DNA of 64,000 bases from assembly GCA_035491895.1 (NCBI GenBank), contig DATJJY010000088.1, positions 12,592-76,591 on the forward strand. Direction: 5' to 3'. The translations under genes were made by a program, and so were the position numbers. The first letter of the stretch is position 1, and each line of letters opens with the position of its first letter. The notes beneath the pieces are model-generated. The model saw nothing but the letters and a program-made list of their open reading frames with translations. It searched no databases and was not told the origin of the DNA. Shown here one piece after another: positions 1 to 8,948 of this stretch. Source of the DNA: Gemmatimonadales bacterium. Lineage in GTDB: Bacteria > Gemmatimonadota > Gemmatimonadetes > Gemmatimonadales > GWC2-71-9.

Positions 1-472
1 CATCGTGCGGCGCTTCGGGCCGGAGATGCTGCTCCCCGACGGCTCGCTGGATCGTGCGGCGCTGCGCAACCGGGTGATGGGCGACGCGGCCGCCCGCCGC
101 ACCCTGGAATCGCTCGTGCACCCCGCCGTGCAACGGCGTCGTGAAACGCTGCTCGATGCCGCCTGGAAGCGGGGCGACAAGATCGTCGTCAACGACATTC
201 CGCTGCTGTTCGAAGCGCTCGATCCGGCGCAATTCGACGTCGTCGTCTTCGTCGATGCGCCGCCCACCGTACGACGCACGCGGTTACGGGCGCTGCGGGG
301 GCTGCAGGACGAGGAAGCGGACCAGCTCCTTGCCGCCCAGGCTCCTGCCGATCGCAAGCGCAAGCGGAGCGACTTCGTGATCGACAACGACGGGTCGTTC
401 GACGACCTGGAGCGCCGCGCGCGCGAGGTGTATGAAGAGCTCCAGCGCCGCGCCGCGAAACAGCAAGCTTGA
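1..472 (+). CDS. coaE: dephospho-CoA kinase, C-terminal ~155 aa (N-terminus upstream of window)
   Basis: The frame of ORF 5..472 is open to the window edge. The CoaE-like core is present (LVHPAV, KIVVNDIPLLFE, VVFVDAP..VR..RL) but there is no P-loop, so the gene is truncated at its 5' end by the window. Confidence 0.7.
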   Translation, partial: IVRRFGPEMLLPDGSLDRAALRNRVMGDAAARRTLESLVHPAVQRRRETLLDAAWKRGDKIVVNDIPLLFEALDPAQFDVVVFVDAPPTVRRTRLRALRGLQDEEADQLLAAQAPADRKRKRSDFVIDNDGSFDDLERRAREVYEELQRRAAKQQA

Positions 473-548
473 CATGGGTTTGAGCCGTCCCTAGCTTCGC
501 CCGCGGTTCCACCCCAACCCGCAATTCTCCGCCGAGAGCGACGCCCGA

Positions 549-941
549 ATGAGCACCATCCCGAAAGACCTGCGCTACACCGAAGAGCACGAATACCTGA
601 AGACCACCGCCGACGCCGGCGTAGTCCAGATCGGGATCACCGACTACGCGCAGGGGGAGTTGGGCGACGTCGTGTTCGTGGAGCTGCCCAAGCCGGGCGC
701 CAGCTTCACCAAGAAGCAGGTGTTCGGAACGATCGAAGCGGTGAAGGCGGTCTCCGAGCTCTACTGCCCGGTGGCGGGCACCGTCGTCGAATCGAACGGC
801 GCGCTCGAGGGAGATCCGGCCCTGGTGAACAAGGATCCCTATGGGGCCGGCTGGATGATCAAACTGAAATTGCAGAACCCCGCCGATGCGGCCACGCTGC
901 TCGATGCGGCGGCGTATGAGAAGCACATTGGAGGCACTTGA
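549..941 (+). CDS. gcvH: glycine cleavage system H protein
   Basis: 130-aa ORF with GITDYAQGELGDVVFVELP and the lipoyl-lysine context EAVKAVSE. Confidence 0.9.
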   Translation: MSTIPKDLRYTEEHEYLKTTADAGVVQIGITDYAQGELGDVVFVELPKPGASFTKKQVFGTIEAVKAVSELYCPVAGTVVESNGALEGDPALVNKDPYGAGWMIKLKLQNPADAATLLDAAAYEKHIGGT

Positions 942-952
942 GACAACAGACC

Positions 953-1001
953 TCAGACGTCAGCAGATGACGCCGAGATCTGACGTCTGACATCCGACGT
1001 C
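953..1001. repeat. heptamer-phased palindromic array (7 units) between gcvH and the next gene
   Basis: The sequence reads tcagacg|tcagcag|atgacgc|cgagatc|tgacgtc|tgacatc|cgacgtc. An 11-bp perfect inverted repeat pairs 953-963 (tcagacgtcag) with 980-990 (ctgacgtctga) around a 16-nt loop. No T-tract follows. Confidence 0.6.
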
Positions 1002-1002
1002 T

Positions 1003-1680
1003 ATGTTGACTCTGACTTTCCTCGGCCACGCCGCCTTCCTCGCCGAAGGCGACGGCAAGCGCGTCATCTTCGATCCGTTTCTCACCGGCAACCCGAAGGC
1101 GCCGTACGCCGCCGAGCGCGTCCCGAAGCTCGATGCGATCCTCCTGAGCCATGGCCACAGCGACCACCTGGGCGATGCGATCGCCCTCTCCAAGCGGGAC
1201 CGGGCCACCGTGGTTTCGGCGTACGAGCTGGTGAATTTCTGCACCAGCCAGGGTGCGAGCGGTCACCCGCTGCACGTCGGGGGAGCGCACCGCTTTCCGT
1301 TCGGCACCGTGAAGCTCGTCCCGGCGATCCACGGCGGCGCCATCGAGGGGTCCAAAGGGCCCAACACGACCCCCTGCGGTCTCGTGCTGACGCTCGGTGG
1401 CGTGCGGGTGTACCACGCGGGCGACACGGCGCTCACCATGGACATGCAGCTGCTCGAGGGCGCCGTGGACGTCATGCTGGTGCCGATCGGCGACAACTAC
1501 ACCATGGGCATCGATGACGCGGCGCGCGCGGTGGAGTTCGTGCACCCCCGCGTGGCGATCCCGATGCATTACAATACGTGGGACCTGATCGCAGCAGATC
1601 CGGAGCAGTTCCGGCGCCTCGTCGGCAGCCGCGCCGAGGTCGTGATCCTCGAACCCGGGAAGACGCACACACAGTCGTGA
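1003..1680 (+). CDS. metallo-beta-lactamase-fold hydrolase (UPF0173/YtkL-like)
   Basis: 225-aa ORF with an [10 protein letters not shown]-terminus and an HGHSDH metal-binding motif. Its TGA stop overlaps the gcvP GTG start (GTGA). Confidence 0.75.
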   Translation: MLTLTFLGHAAFLAEGDGKRVIFDPFLTGNPKAPYAAERVPKLDAILLSHGHSDHLGDAIALSKRDRATVVSAYELVNFCTSQGASGHPLHVGGAHRFPFGTVKLVPAIHGGAIEGSKGPNTTPCGLVLTLGGVRVYHAGDTALTMDMQLLEGAVDVMLVPIGDNYTMGIDDAARAVEFVHPRVAIPMHYNTWDLIAADPEQFRRLVGSRAEVVILEPGKTHTQS

Positions 1681-4562
1681 CCACCCTCTCCGCCGACCTC
1701 GTCCGCCCCGACCTCTTCTATCCCCGGCACATCGGACCGAGCGAGTCCGAACAGCAGGAGATGCTCAAGCTCCTGGGCTACGATTCGCTCGATGCGTTCA
1801 TCGATGCCGTCGTCCCCGCGGATATCCGCCTGCGGCGTCCGCTCGCGCTCCCGCCCGGCCGTGACGAGCGCGAAGTGCTGCAGGCGCTGCGCCGCATTGC
1901 GCTGCAGAACGAGCCGTTCCGCTCGTACCTCGGCATGGGATACCACGGCTGCTTCACGCCGCCGGTCGTCCAGCGCAACATCCTGGAGAACCCAGGCTGG
2001 TATACCGCGTACACGCCCTACCAGGCCGAAATCGCGCAGGGCCGGCTCGAGGCGTTGCTGAATTTCCAGACGATGGTGTCGGACCTGACGGGACTCGCGG
2101 TGGCCAATGCGTCGCTGCTCGATGAGGCGACGGCCGCCGCCGAAGCCATGCATCTCACCGAAGCGATCGTCGCGCCCAGCGGCCGGTCGGTGTATCTCGT
2201 GGACGAGCAGTGCCACCCGCAGACGATCGCCCTGGTCCGCACGCGCGCCGAAGCGCGCGGCATCGAGATCGTCGTCGGCGACCCCGCCACCTTCAAATTC
2301 GGCGGCGGAGTCATCGGCGCCTTGGTCCAGTATCCGGGGACCGACGGCCGGCTGCGCGACTTCCGGAGCCTGTGCGAGCAGGCGCACGCCGCCAATTCCC
2401 TCGTCACCGCGGCGACCGACCTGCTCGCGCTGACGATGCTCGTGCCGCCGGGTGAATGGGGCGCCGACATCGCGGTGGGAAACAGCCAGCGCTTCGGTGT
2501 GCCGATGGGATACGGCGGCCCCCACGCCGCGTTCTTCGCGACTCGGGATGCCCACAAGCGGCACCTCCCGGGCAGAATCATCGGCGTGTCCAAGGACCGC
2601 GCCGGGCGCCCGGCACTGCGCATGGCGCTGCAGACCCGGGAGCAGCACATCCGCCGCGAGCGGGCGACGAGCAACATCTGCACCGCGCAGGTGCTGCTCG
2701 CGGTGATCGCCTCGATGTATGCGGTCTATCACGGTCCGGAAGGGTTGCGCCGCATCGCCGAGCGGGTGCACACCTTCGCGGGACTGCTCGCCAAGGCGCT
2801 GCAGCGGATGGGGTACCGGCTCGCGCATCAGGCGTACTTCGACACGCTCTGCATCGAAGTCGAGGCGTCGGCCTTGCCGCGGCTGCTCGACGCCGCGTGG
2901 AGCCGGCGCATCAACCTGCGCGCCCTGCCTCCCAATCGTGTCTGCATCGCGCTCGACGAGACGGTCACCGTCAACGACCTCGCCGACCTGATCGCCGTCT
3001 TCTCGCTCAATGAAACGCTGCCGTTCATGGTCGACGACGCCGGCGCGCGCGTCGCCTCCGCCATCCCTGAAGGGCTGCGCCGCACCTCGAGCTACCTCAC
3101 GCATCCGGTGTTCCACCGCTACCGCTCGGAAACCGAGATGCTGCGGTATCTCAAGCGGCTGGAGACCCGGGATCTCTCGCTCACCTCGGCGATGATTCCG
3201 CTCGGATCGTGCACGATGAAGCTCAACGCGACGACCGAGATGATGTCGTTGTCGTGGCGCGAGTTCAATCGACTGCATCCCTTCGCGCCGGTGTCGCAGG
3301 CCCGGGGCTATCAAATGCTCTTCCGGCAGCTCGAGTCCCAGCTCGCCGAGATCACGGGCTTCGCCGGCGTCTCGCTACAGCCGAACGCCGGGTCGCAGGG
3401 TGAATTCGCCGGCCTGCTCGTCATTCGAGCCTACCATAGGGCGCAGGGCAACGGGAAGCGCACGGTGTGCCTGATCCCGATGTCGGCGCACGGCACCAAT
3501 CCCGCGAGCGCCGTGATGGCGGGGTACACGGTCGTGCCGGTCCAGTCCGACGACCACGGCAACATCGACGTCGCGGACCTCAAGGCCAAAGCCGAGCAGT
3601 ATCACGACACGCTCGGCGCGCTGATGGTGACCTATCCATCGACCCACGGGGTGTTCGAAGGAACGATCCGCGAGATCTGCACGATCGTGCACCAGCACGG
3701 CGGGCAGGTCTACATGGACGGCGCCAACATGAACGCGCTCGTCGGGTTGTGTCGCCCCGGCGACGTCGGCGCCGACGTGTGCCACATCAACCTGCACAAG
3801 ACGTTCTGTATCCCGCACGGCGGCGGCGGCCCGGGAATGGGGCCGATCGCCGTCGCGGCGCATCTCCTGCCGTACCTCCCCGATCATCCGGTGGTGCCGC
3901 TCGGGCATCCCCAGTCGTGCGGAACCGTATCGGCGGCGCCCTGGGGATCTGCCTCGATCCTCACGATCTCGTGGGCGTACATCTCGTTGATGGGACACAC
4001 CGGGCTGGTCGAGGCGACGAAGGTCGCGATCCTGAACGCCAACTACATCGCGAAACGGCTCGACGGGTTCTACGAACCGCTCTACGCCGGCCAGAACGGC
4101 CTCGTCGCGCACGAGTGCATCATCGATACGCGGCCGTTCAAGGCTTCAGCGGGCATCGAGGTCGAGGACATCGCGAAGCGGATCATCGACTATGGATTCC
4201 ACCCCCCCACCGTATCGTTCCCCGTGGCCGGGACGCTGATGGTCGAGCCGACGGAGAGCGAGTCCAAGGAAGAGCTGGACCGATTCTGCGATGCCCTGAT
4301 CGCGATCCGCGAGGAGATGCGCGAGATCGAGACCGGGAAGGCGGACCGTGAGAACAACCTGCTGCGCAACGCACCGCACACGCTGGAAGACCTGATCGCC
4401 GACGGCTGGGACCGGCCCTACTCGCGCGAGCGTGCCGGCTTTCCGTCGCCGGCGACGCGCGTGCAGAAGGTGTGGCCGGCCGTGGGGCGGGTCGATGGCG
4501 CCTACGGCGACCGTAATCTCGTGTGCGTCTGCCCGCCGGTGGAGAGCTACGCGACGGTCTGA
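1677..4562 (+). CDS. gcvP: glycine dehydrogenase (decarboxylating), single-chain P protein
   Basis: ORF 1578..4562. GTG at 1677 was chosen because the first 33 codons overlap the upstream gene and are Arg/Pro-rich. The protein has the [11 protein letters not shown]-terminus and the PLP-lysine region [19 protein letters not shown]. Confidence 0.93.
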   Translation: MTTLSADLVRPDLFYPRHIGPSESEQQEMLKLLGYDSLDAFIDAVVPADIRLRRPLALPPGRDEREVLQALRRIALQNEPFRSYLGMGYHGCFTPPVVQRNILENPGWYTAYTPYQAEIAQGRLEALLNFQTMVSDLTGLAVANASLLDEATAAAEAMHLTEAIVAPSGRSVYLVDEQCHPQTIALVRTRAEARGIEIVVGDPATFKFGGGVIGALVQYPGTDGRLRDFRSLCEQAHAANSLVTAATDLLALTMLVPPGEWGADIAVGNSQRFGVPMGYGGPHAAFFATRDAHKRHLPGRIIGVSKDRAGRPALRMALQTREQHIRRERATSNICTAQVLLAVIASMYAVYHGPEGLRRIAERVHTFAGLLAKALQRMGYRLAHQAYFDTLCIEVEASALPRLLDAAWSRRINLRALPPNRVCIALDETVTVNDLADLIAVFSLNETLPFMVDDAGARVASAIPEGLRRTSSYLTHPVFHRYRSETEMLRYLKRLETRDLSLTSAMIPLGSCTMKLNATTEMMSLSWREFNRLHPFAPVSQARGYQMLFRQLESQLAEITGFAGVSLQPNAGSQGEFAGLLVIRAYHRAQGNGKRTVCLIPMSAHGTNPASAVMAGYTVVPVQSDDHGNIDVADLKAKAEQYHDTLGALMVTYPSTHGVFEGTIREICTIVHQHGGQVYMDGANMNALVGLCRPGDVGADVCHINLHKTFCIPHGGGGPGMGPIAVAAHLLPYLPDHPVVPLGHPQSCGTVSAAPWGSASILTISWAYISLMGHTGLVEATKVAILNANYIAKRLDGFYEPLYAGQNGLVAHECIIDTRPFKASAGIEVEDIAKRIIDYGFHPPTVSFPVAGTLMVEPTESESKEELDRFCDALIAIREEMREIETGKADRENNLLRNAPHTLEDLIADGWDRPYSRERAGFPSPATRVQKVWPAVGRVDGAYGDRNLVCVCPPVESYATV

Positions 4563-4565
4563 CCG

Positions 4566-5300
4566 TCAGCGGCTCGGCCGGTACCAGTAACGGTCGGCGA
4601 GGTCGTCGAAGCGCGCGCCGAACAGCAACAGCGGCGCGCGCCAGAGAAACCCGAAGTAGTGCCAGTCGCCGTGCTCGTCGAACTTCCGAGTGGACGCGAC
4701 GACCTTGTAGCGCCGCAACCGGCGGAGCCGCTGGCGCCGCTCGCGGCCGAGGCGCCGTAATCGCCACAGAAAGGCGACGTCTTCGGCGAGACGCAGGCGG
4801 TCCGGATAGCCCCCGACCGCCACGAAGTCCTCCCGCCGGCAGAACACCATCCCGGTATCGAAACGCGTCGCCCATACCAGCGGAATCATCATCGCGTAGG
4901 TTGCCGCGAGCCCGACCGACCACCGTTCGAGCGTACATCCCGTCGCCCCGCCGACGACGCGCGGGTCATCGAGGGCCGCGGCGACCGCCGTGAAGCTGTC
5001 GCGGTGGACGCGCACGGTGTCGGCGTCGAGGAAGGCGATGACAGTGCCCTGAGCCGCCGCGGCGCCGCCGTTGCGGACGGCGGCGATGCGGCGTTCGCTG
5101 ACGCGCACGACCCGCGCCCCGCCGGCGGCGGCCACCTGGGCCGTATCGTCACTCGACATGTTGTCGGCGACGATAAGCTCCACGCTGCCCCCGTCGCGCA
5201 GGTAGCGCTCGCGCGCGGCGTCCAGCGACGTCAAGAGTCGTGGGAGATAGCGCGCTTCGTTGTACGCTGGGATGACGAGCGAGATGTCGGGAGCGGTCAC
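4566..5300 (-). CDS. family-2 glycosyltransferase
   Basis: Motifs VIPAYNEARYL, ADNMSSDDT and FLDADT are present. GTG at 5300..5298 was chosen because the table's longer N-terminal extension (to 5558) is Arg-rich and overlaps a better ORF. Confidence 0.7.
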   Translation of the reverse strand: MTAPDISLVIPAYNEARYLPRLLTSLDAARERYLRDGGSVELIVADNMSSDDTAQVAAAGGARVVRVSERRIAAVRNGGAAAAQGTVIAFLDADTVRVHRDSFTAVAAALDDPRVVGGATGCTLERWSVGLAATYAMMIPLVWATRFDTGMVFCRREDFVAVGGYPDRLRLAEDVAFLWRLRRLGRERRQRLRRLRRYKVVASTRKFDEHGDWHYFGFLWRAPLLLFGARFDDLADRYWYRPSR

Positions 5301-5527
5301 TGCTTGACGGCTTCGAGCCGGGCCAGCTCGGTGCGTACGCTGTCGCGCTGCGGCAGCAGGACCGAATCGGCGAAGCGGCGCAGGTCGAGGTACTCGCGAT
5401 ACACGCGCATCGCCCCGGTCCTGTCCCCTACGAGAGCGGCGAGCCGGCGCTCGGATCCGTCGGAGCACTGCGCGAAGAGCGAGCGCACCGCGAAGATCAG
5501 CGGAACGGCCGATGCAACGACTCGCAT
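5297..5527 (-). CDS. hypothetical small protein (76 aa)
   Basis: The ORF has balanced, protein-like composition. Its TGA overlaps the downstream GT2 GTG (GTGA). No recognisable domain. Confidence 0.3.
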   Translation of the reverse strand: MRVVASAVPLIFAVRSLFAQCSDGSERRLAALVGDRTGAMRVYREYLDLRRFADSVLLPQRDSVRTELARLEAVKQ

Positions 5528-5634
5528 GGGACGGGCTTACGTTATGGGGACCCCGCAAGCCACGCCAGAGCGATATTCATTTCATGCAGTGCACACTGCT
5601 CCGCGACTCGAGCGGTCGTACCGGCGCCGCAAAC

Positions 5635-6327
5635 ATGACGTTGGACGTCGCGTTGCTGGATGACGCCGCCGCCACCGGCCGCGCGTTCCTCCGTCTGTAC
5701 CGCTGGTCCCCGCCCTGCCTCTCGTTCGGCCGCAACGAACCGGCGCTCGTGCGGTACGACCGCGCCGAGATCGAGCGCCGCGGCTGGGATGTCGTGCGGC
5801 GCCCGACGGGCGGCCGCGCCGTCTGGCACGAGGACGAAGTCACCTACGCCGTCGCCGCACCGATCGCCGCGTTTGGGTCGCTGCCCGCGAGCTACTGTGC
5901 GATTCACGAACGGCTCGCCGCCGCGCTCCGCACGCTCGGCGTACCGGCCCGACTCGCCCCGAAGAACGGCCGCCCCATAGGCCTCGGCGCCGGCGCATGC
6001 TTTGCCTCGCCAGTCGGCGGCGAAGTCACCGTGCACGATCGCAAGGTGATCGGGTCCGCACAGGTGCGGCTCGGGTCGGCGTTCCTGCAGCACGGCTCGA
6101 TCTTGCTGGGGGGATCGCAGGAAAGAATAGGCGCCGTCAGCCGTCAGCCGTCAGCCGTCAGCTCGGCCACCTCGTTGTCACACGTACTCGGGCGGCCGGT
6201 CACATTCGACGAAGTGGCCGATGCCATCGTGGCCGCGTGGACGCCGGCTCTGACCCCTACCGACTCCGACCGTCCCCGACCGTCCCCGACCGTCTTCTCC
6301 GACCCCGCCTGGACCTGGCGCCGCTAG
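5635..6327 (+). CDS. lipoate-protein ligase family protein (LplA/LipM/LipL-type catalytic domain only)
   Basis: Motifs RRPTGGRAVWHEDEVTY, DRKVIGSAQ (conserved Lys) and LQHGSILLGG are present. ATG at 5635 was chosen. The 3' part carries 7-mer and 10-mer tandem repeats. Confidence 0.75.
   Translation: MTLDVALLDDAAATGRAFLRLYRWSPPCLSFGRNEPALVRYDRAEIERRGWDVVRRPTGGRAVWHEDEVTYAVAAPIAAFGSLPASYCAIHERLAAALRTLGVPARLAPKNGRPIGLGAGACFASPVGGEVTVHDRKVIGSAQVRLGSAFLQHGSILLGGSQERIGAVSRQPSAVSSATSLSHVLGRPVTFDEVADAIVAAWTPALTPTDSDRPRPSPTVFSDPAWTWRR
6137..6164 (+). repeat. heptamer tandem repeat (TCAGCNN x4) inside the LplA-family CDS
   Basis: tcagccg tcagccg tcagccg tcagctc, translated as ..SRQPSAVSS.. Confidence 0.9.
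6266..6295 (+). repeat. 10-bp tandem repeat (CCGACCGTCC x3) inside the LplA-family CDS
   Basis: ccgaccgtcc ccgaccgtcc ccgaccgtct, translated as ..DRPRPSPTV.. Confidence 0.9.
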
Positions 6328-6350
6328 ACTGGTCGTTGAATCTTAGGACC

Positions 6351-7976
6351 ATGATCACAAAGCTCGCCTGCTCGCGTCGTGCTGCCACGGTGCTCCCTGC
6401 GATTCTCGTTGCCCTCGCCGGATGCAGTAGCCGAGGTGGGTGTACCACCGAGTATTGCGGCACCGTGGTCTTCGCTGCGACCGGAGAGCCGACGACGCTG
6501 TTGCCCGCCGTAACCACGGCCGCCATCGAGCGCGACGTTTTCGATCAGATTTTCCTGAAGCTGGCCGAAATCGGCAGGGACGGCGGCACGTTCGGCGACT
6601 CGGGGTTCACTCCGGAGCTGGCGCGCAGCTGGGAGTGGACCGATCCGCTCACGCTGACGTTCCACCTCGATCCGCGCGCCCGGTGGCAGGACGGTCCGCC
6701 GGTGACGGCGGCGGATGTCGCCTTCACGTTCGACGCCTACACCGATTCCGCAGTGGGCTCCGACGACCGGACCACCCTCATCGAGCATATCGCGTCGGTG
6801 ACCGCCAGCGATTCGTTGACGGTGGTCTTCAAGTTTCGGGACCGCTATCCCGAGATGTTCTACGACGCCACGTACCACATGCGCATCCTCCCGGCGCATC
6901 TCCTGCGAGACGTCCCGCGCGCGACCTGGCAGACGGCGGCGTTCGGCCGCGCCCCCGTGGGGGCAGGTCCGTATCGCTTCGTCAGCTGGACCCCGGGCCA
7001 GAGCATCGAGCTGGCAGCGGATTCGACGTATTTCCTCGGGCGGCCGCATCTGCGGCGGCTGATCTGGCGGGTCGCCGGAAACCTCAACAACGCCGTGACA
7101 ATGGTGCTGGCGGGCGAAGCCGATGCCGTCGAAGTCCTCGTCACGCCGGCCAACATCGCGAAGGCCAAGGCCGACACGGCGCTCGCGATCTACCCGTATG
7201 CCGGCTCGACTTACACCTTCGTGCGCTTCAACCTGCGGGCGAACGGGGATCGCTCCAAGCCCCACCCGGTGCTCGCCGATCCGCAGACGCGTCGCGCCCT
7301 CGTCCTCGCCGCCGATCGTCCCCAGATGGTGCAAGCGGTGTTCGGCGGATACGCCAAGGTTCCGCCCGGGCCGATGCCGCAAGTGTGGTCGTGGCTCTGG
7401 AAGACGAAACTCACCCCCACCCCACCCGATAGCACGGCGGCGGCGCGGCTGATCCACGGACGGCACCTGAGCTTCCATCTCGCTGTTCCATCCACCAGTC
7501 CGACGCGGGTGCAGTATGCGCAATTGTTGCAGGAGCAGTACCGGCGACTCGGCATCGAGCTCGTGATCGACCAGGTCGACAACCCGACGCTGCAGCAGCT
7601 GCTCGAGTCGGGGAAGTTCGACGCGACGCTGGAATCGTTCGTGACCGACCCGACGCCGTCCTCCTCGGTGCCGGCACTGTGGGGACGCGGCGGCCCGACC
7701 AACTACGGCCAATACAGCAACGAGAAGTTCGACGCACTGGTGCGCACCGCTTCGAGCTCCGCGACACAAGAAGCGGCGCAAACGGCCTGGGAGGCGGCCT
7801 TCGCGGCGCTGGCCCAGGATCCTCCGGGCATCATGCTCTACGCCCTGGACAACTTCGCGGCCGTGAACCGCCGCGTGACGGACGTCCACATCCAGCCCGA
7901 CTCGTGGTGGGGCCTGGTGCGGACCTGGCGTATTCCGCCCAACCAGCTGACCGAGCGGGATCGCGCGGGGCGCTGA
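6351..7976 (+). CDS. ABC transporter substrate-binding lipoprotein, peptide/nickel (family 5) type
   Basis: ATG at 6351 gives the signal peptide plus lipobox MITKLAC..LVALAGC. Length and composition are typical of DppA/OppA-like solute-binding proteins, and two permease genes follow. Confidence 0.85.
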   Translation: MITKLACSRRAATVLPAILVALAGCSSRGGCTTEYCGTVVFAATGEPTTLLPAVTTAAIERDVFDQIFLKLAEIGRDGGTFGDSGFTPELARSWEWTDPLTLTFHLDPRARWQDGPPVTAADVAFTFDAYTDSAVGSDDRTTLIEHIASVTASDSLTVVFKFRDRYPEMFYDATYHMRILPAHLLRDVPRATWQTAAFGRAPVGAGPYRFVSWTPGQSIELAADSTYFLGRPHLRRLIWRVAGNLNNAVTMVLAGEADAVEVLVTPANIAKAKADTALAIYPYAGSTYTFVRFNLRANGDRSKPHPVLADPQTRRALVLAADRPQMVQAVFGGYAKVPPGPMPQVWSWLWKTKLTPTPPDSTAAARLIHGRHLSFHLAVPSTSPTRVQYAQLLQEQYRRLGIELVIDQVDNPTLQQLLESGKFDATLESFVTDPTPSSSVPALWGRGGPTNYGQYSNEKFDALVRTASSSATQEAAQTAWEAAFAALAQDPPGIMLYALDNFAAVNRRVTDVHIQPDSWWGLVRTWRIPPNQLTERDRAGR

Positions 7977-8948
7977 GTGCGGGCGTGGCTGTTGCGGCGG
8001 GTCGCCGCCGGGATCGCCATCGTCTTCGCCGCCGTCTCCCTCACCTTCGTCGCCATTCACCTGGCGCCTGGGCAGCCGTTCCTCCCGCCGGACGAGCGGC
8101 CCATGGCGCCAGAGGTCGTCGCCCGGCTGCGGCGCAACTACGGGCTCGACCGGCCGCTCCCCGAGCAGTATCTGCGGTACTTCGTCCAGCTGGCGCGCGG
8201 TGAGCTCGGGGAATCGTTCAGCCAAAGGCGTCCCGTCGCCCAAGCCATCGCCGACGCAGTACCCAACACCCTGCTCCTCACGACCACCGCCCTCGCCATC
8301 GATTTCACCCTCGGAATCCTGATCGGCCTGTTTCAGGCGGCGCGCGCCCGGCGCCGATCCGATGTAGCGCTCGCCAATGTCACCCTCTTCTTCTATTCCC
8401 TCCCCACCTTCTGGCTTGCGCTCGTGTTGCAGCTCGTGTTCGCGCTCTGGCTCGGATGGTTCCCGACGGGGGGCGTCACCGAGTCTGCGCTGTATGGCTC
8501 TCTGCCGTTGCTCGGCCGATTGGCGGACCGGCTCCGTCACCTCGTCCTTCCGGCGCTGACGCTGGGGCTCGTGGGAGCGGGTGGCACGGCGCGATTCCAG
8601 CGGGCGGCATTGCTCGAAGCGCTGGGACACGAATACGTCAGGACTGCCCGCGCCAAGGGGCTCGCCGAACGGGCGGTGCTGGTCCGTCACGCCTGGCGCG
8701 ACGCGCTGCTCCCGGTGATCTCGCTCGCCGGTGTCGCGCTGCCGTTTCTCCTGACCGGCGCGGTCCTCATCGAGACGGTGTTCTCCTGGCCGGGACTCGG
8801 CAAGCTCGCCGCCGACGCGATCAGCGCTCGCGACTATCCGCTCGTGCTTGCGACGACGCTGCTGGCGACGTGCGCGGTGGTGGCAGGCAGCTTCATCGCC
8901 GACGTGCTGACCGCCGTCGCCGACCCGCGCGTGCGGCTCACCGCGTGA
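7977..8948 (+). CDS. ABC transporter permease (DppB/OppB-like)
   Basis: 323-aa multi-TM ORF directly after the substrate-binding gene, with a typical N-terminus (LLRRV...IVF..VSLTF). Confidence 0.85.
   Translation: MRAWLLRRVAAGIAIVFAAVSLTFVAIHLAPGQPFLPPDERPMAPEVVARLRRNYGLDRPLPEQYLRYFVQLARGELGESFSQRRPVAQAIADAVPNTLLLTTTALAIDFTLGILIGLFQAARARRRSDVALANVTLFFYSLPTFWLALVLQLVFALWLGWFPTGGVTESALYGSLPLLGRLADRLRHLVLPALTLGLVGAGGTARFQRAALLEALGHEYVRTARAKGLAERAVLVRHAWRDALLPVISLAGVALPFLLTGAVLIETVFSWPGLGKLAADAISARDYPLVLATTLLATCAVVAGSFIADVLTAVADPRVRLTA

Noticed and set aside
1578-1676. 5' extensions of table ORFs. Examples are gcvP from 1578, the substrate-binding gene from 5997, the permease from 8456, the ATPase from 12502, the receptor from 18421, E2 from 34181, the membrane protein from 35688, lipB from 37364, SUOX from 37840, metG from 54110, POT to 17734 and the aminopeptidase to 45277.
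   Set aside because: The extensions overlap the preceding gene in another frame and have junk-like composition. Good internal starts exist (signal peptides, Shine-Dalgarno sequences, GTGA/ATGA coupling).
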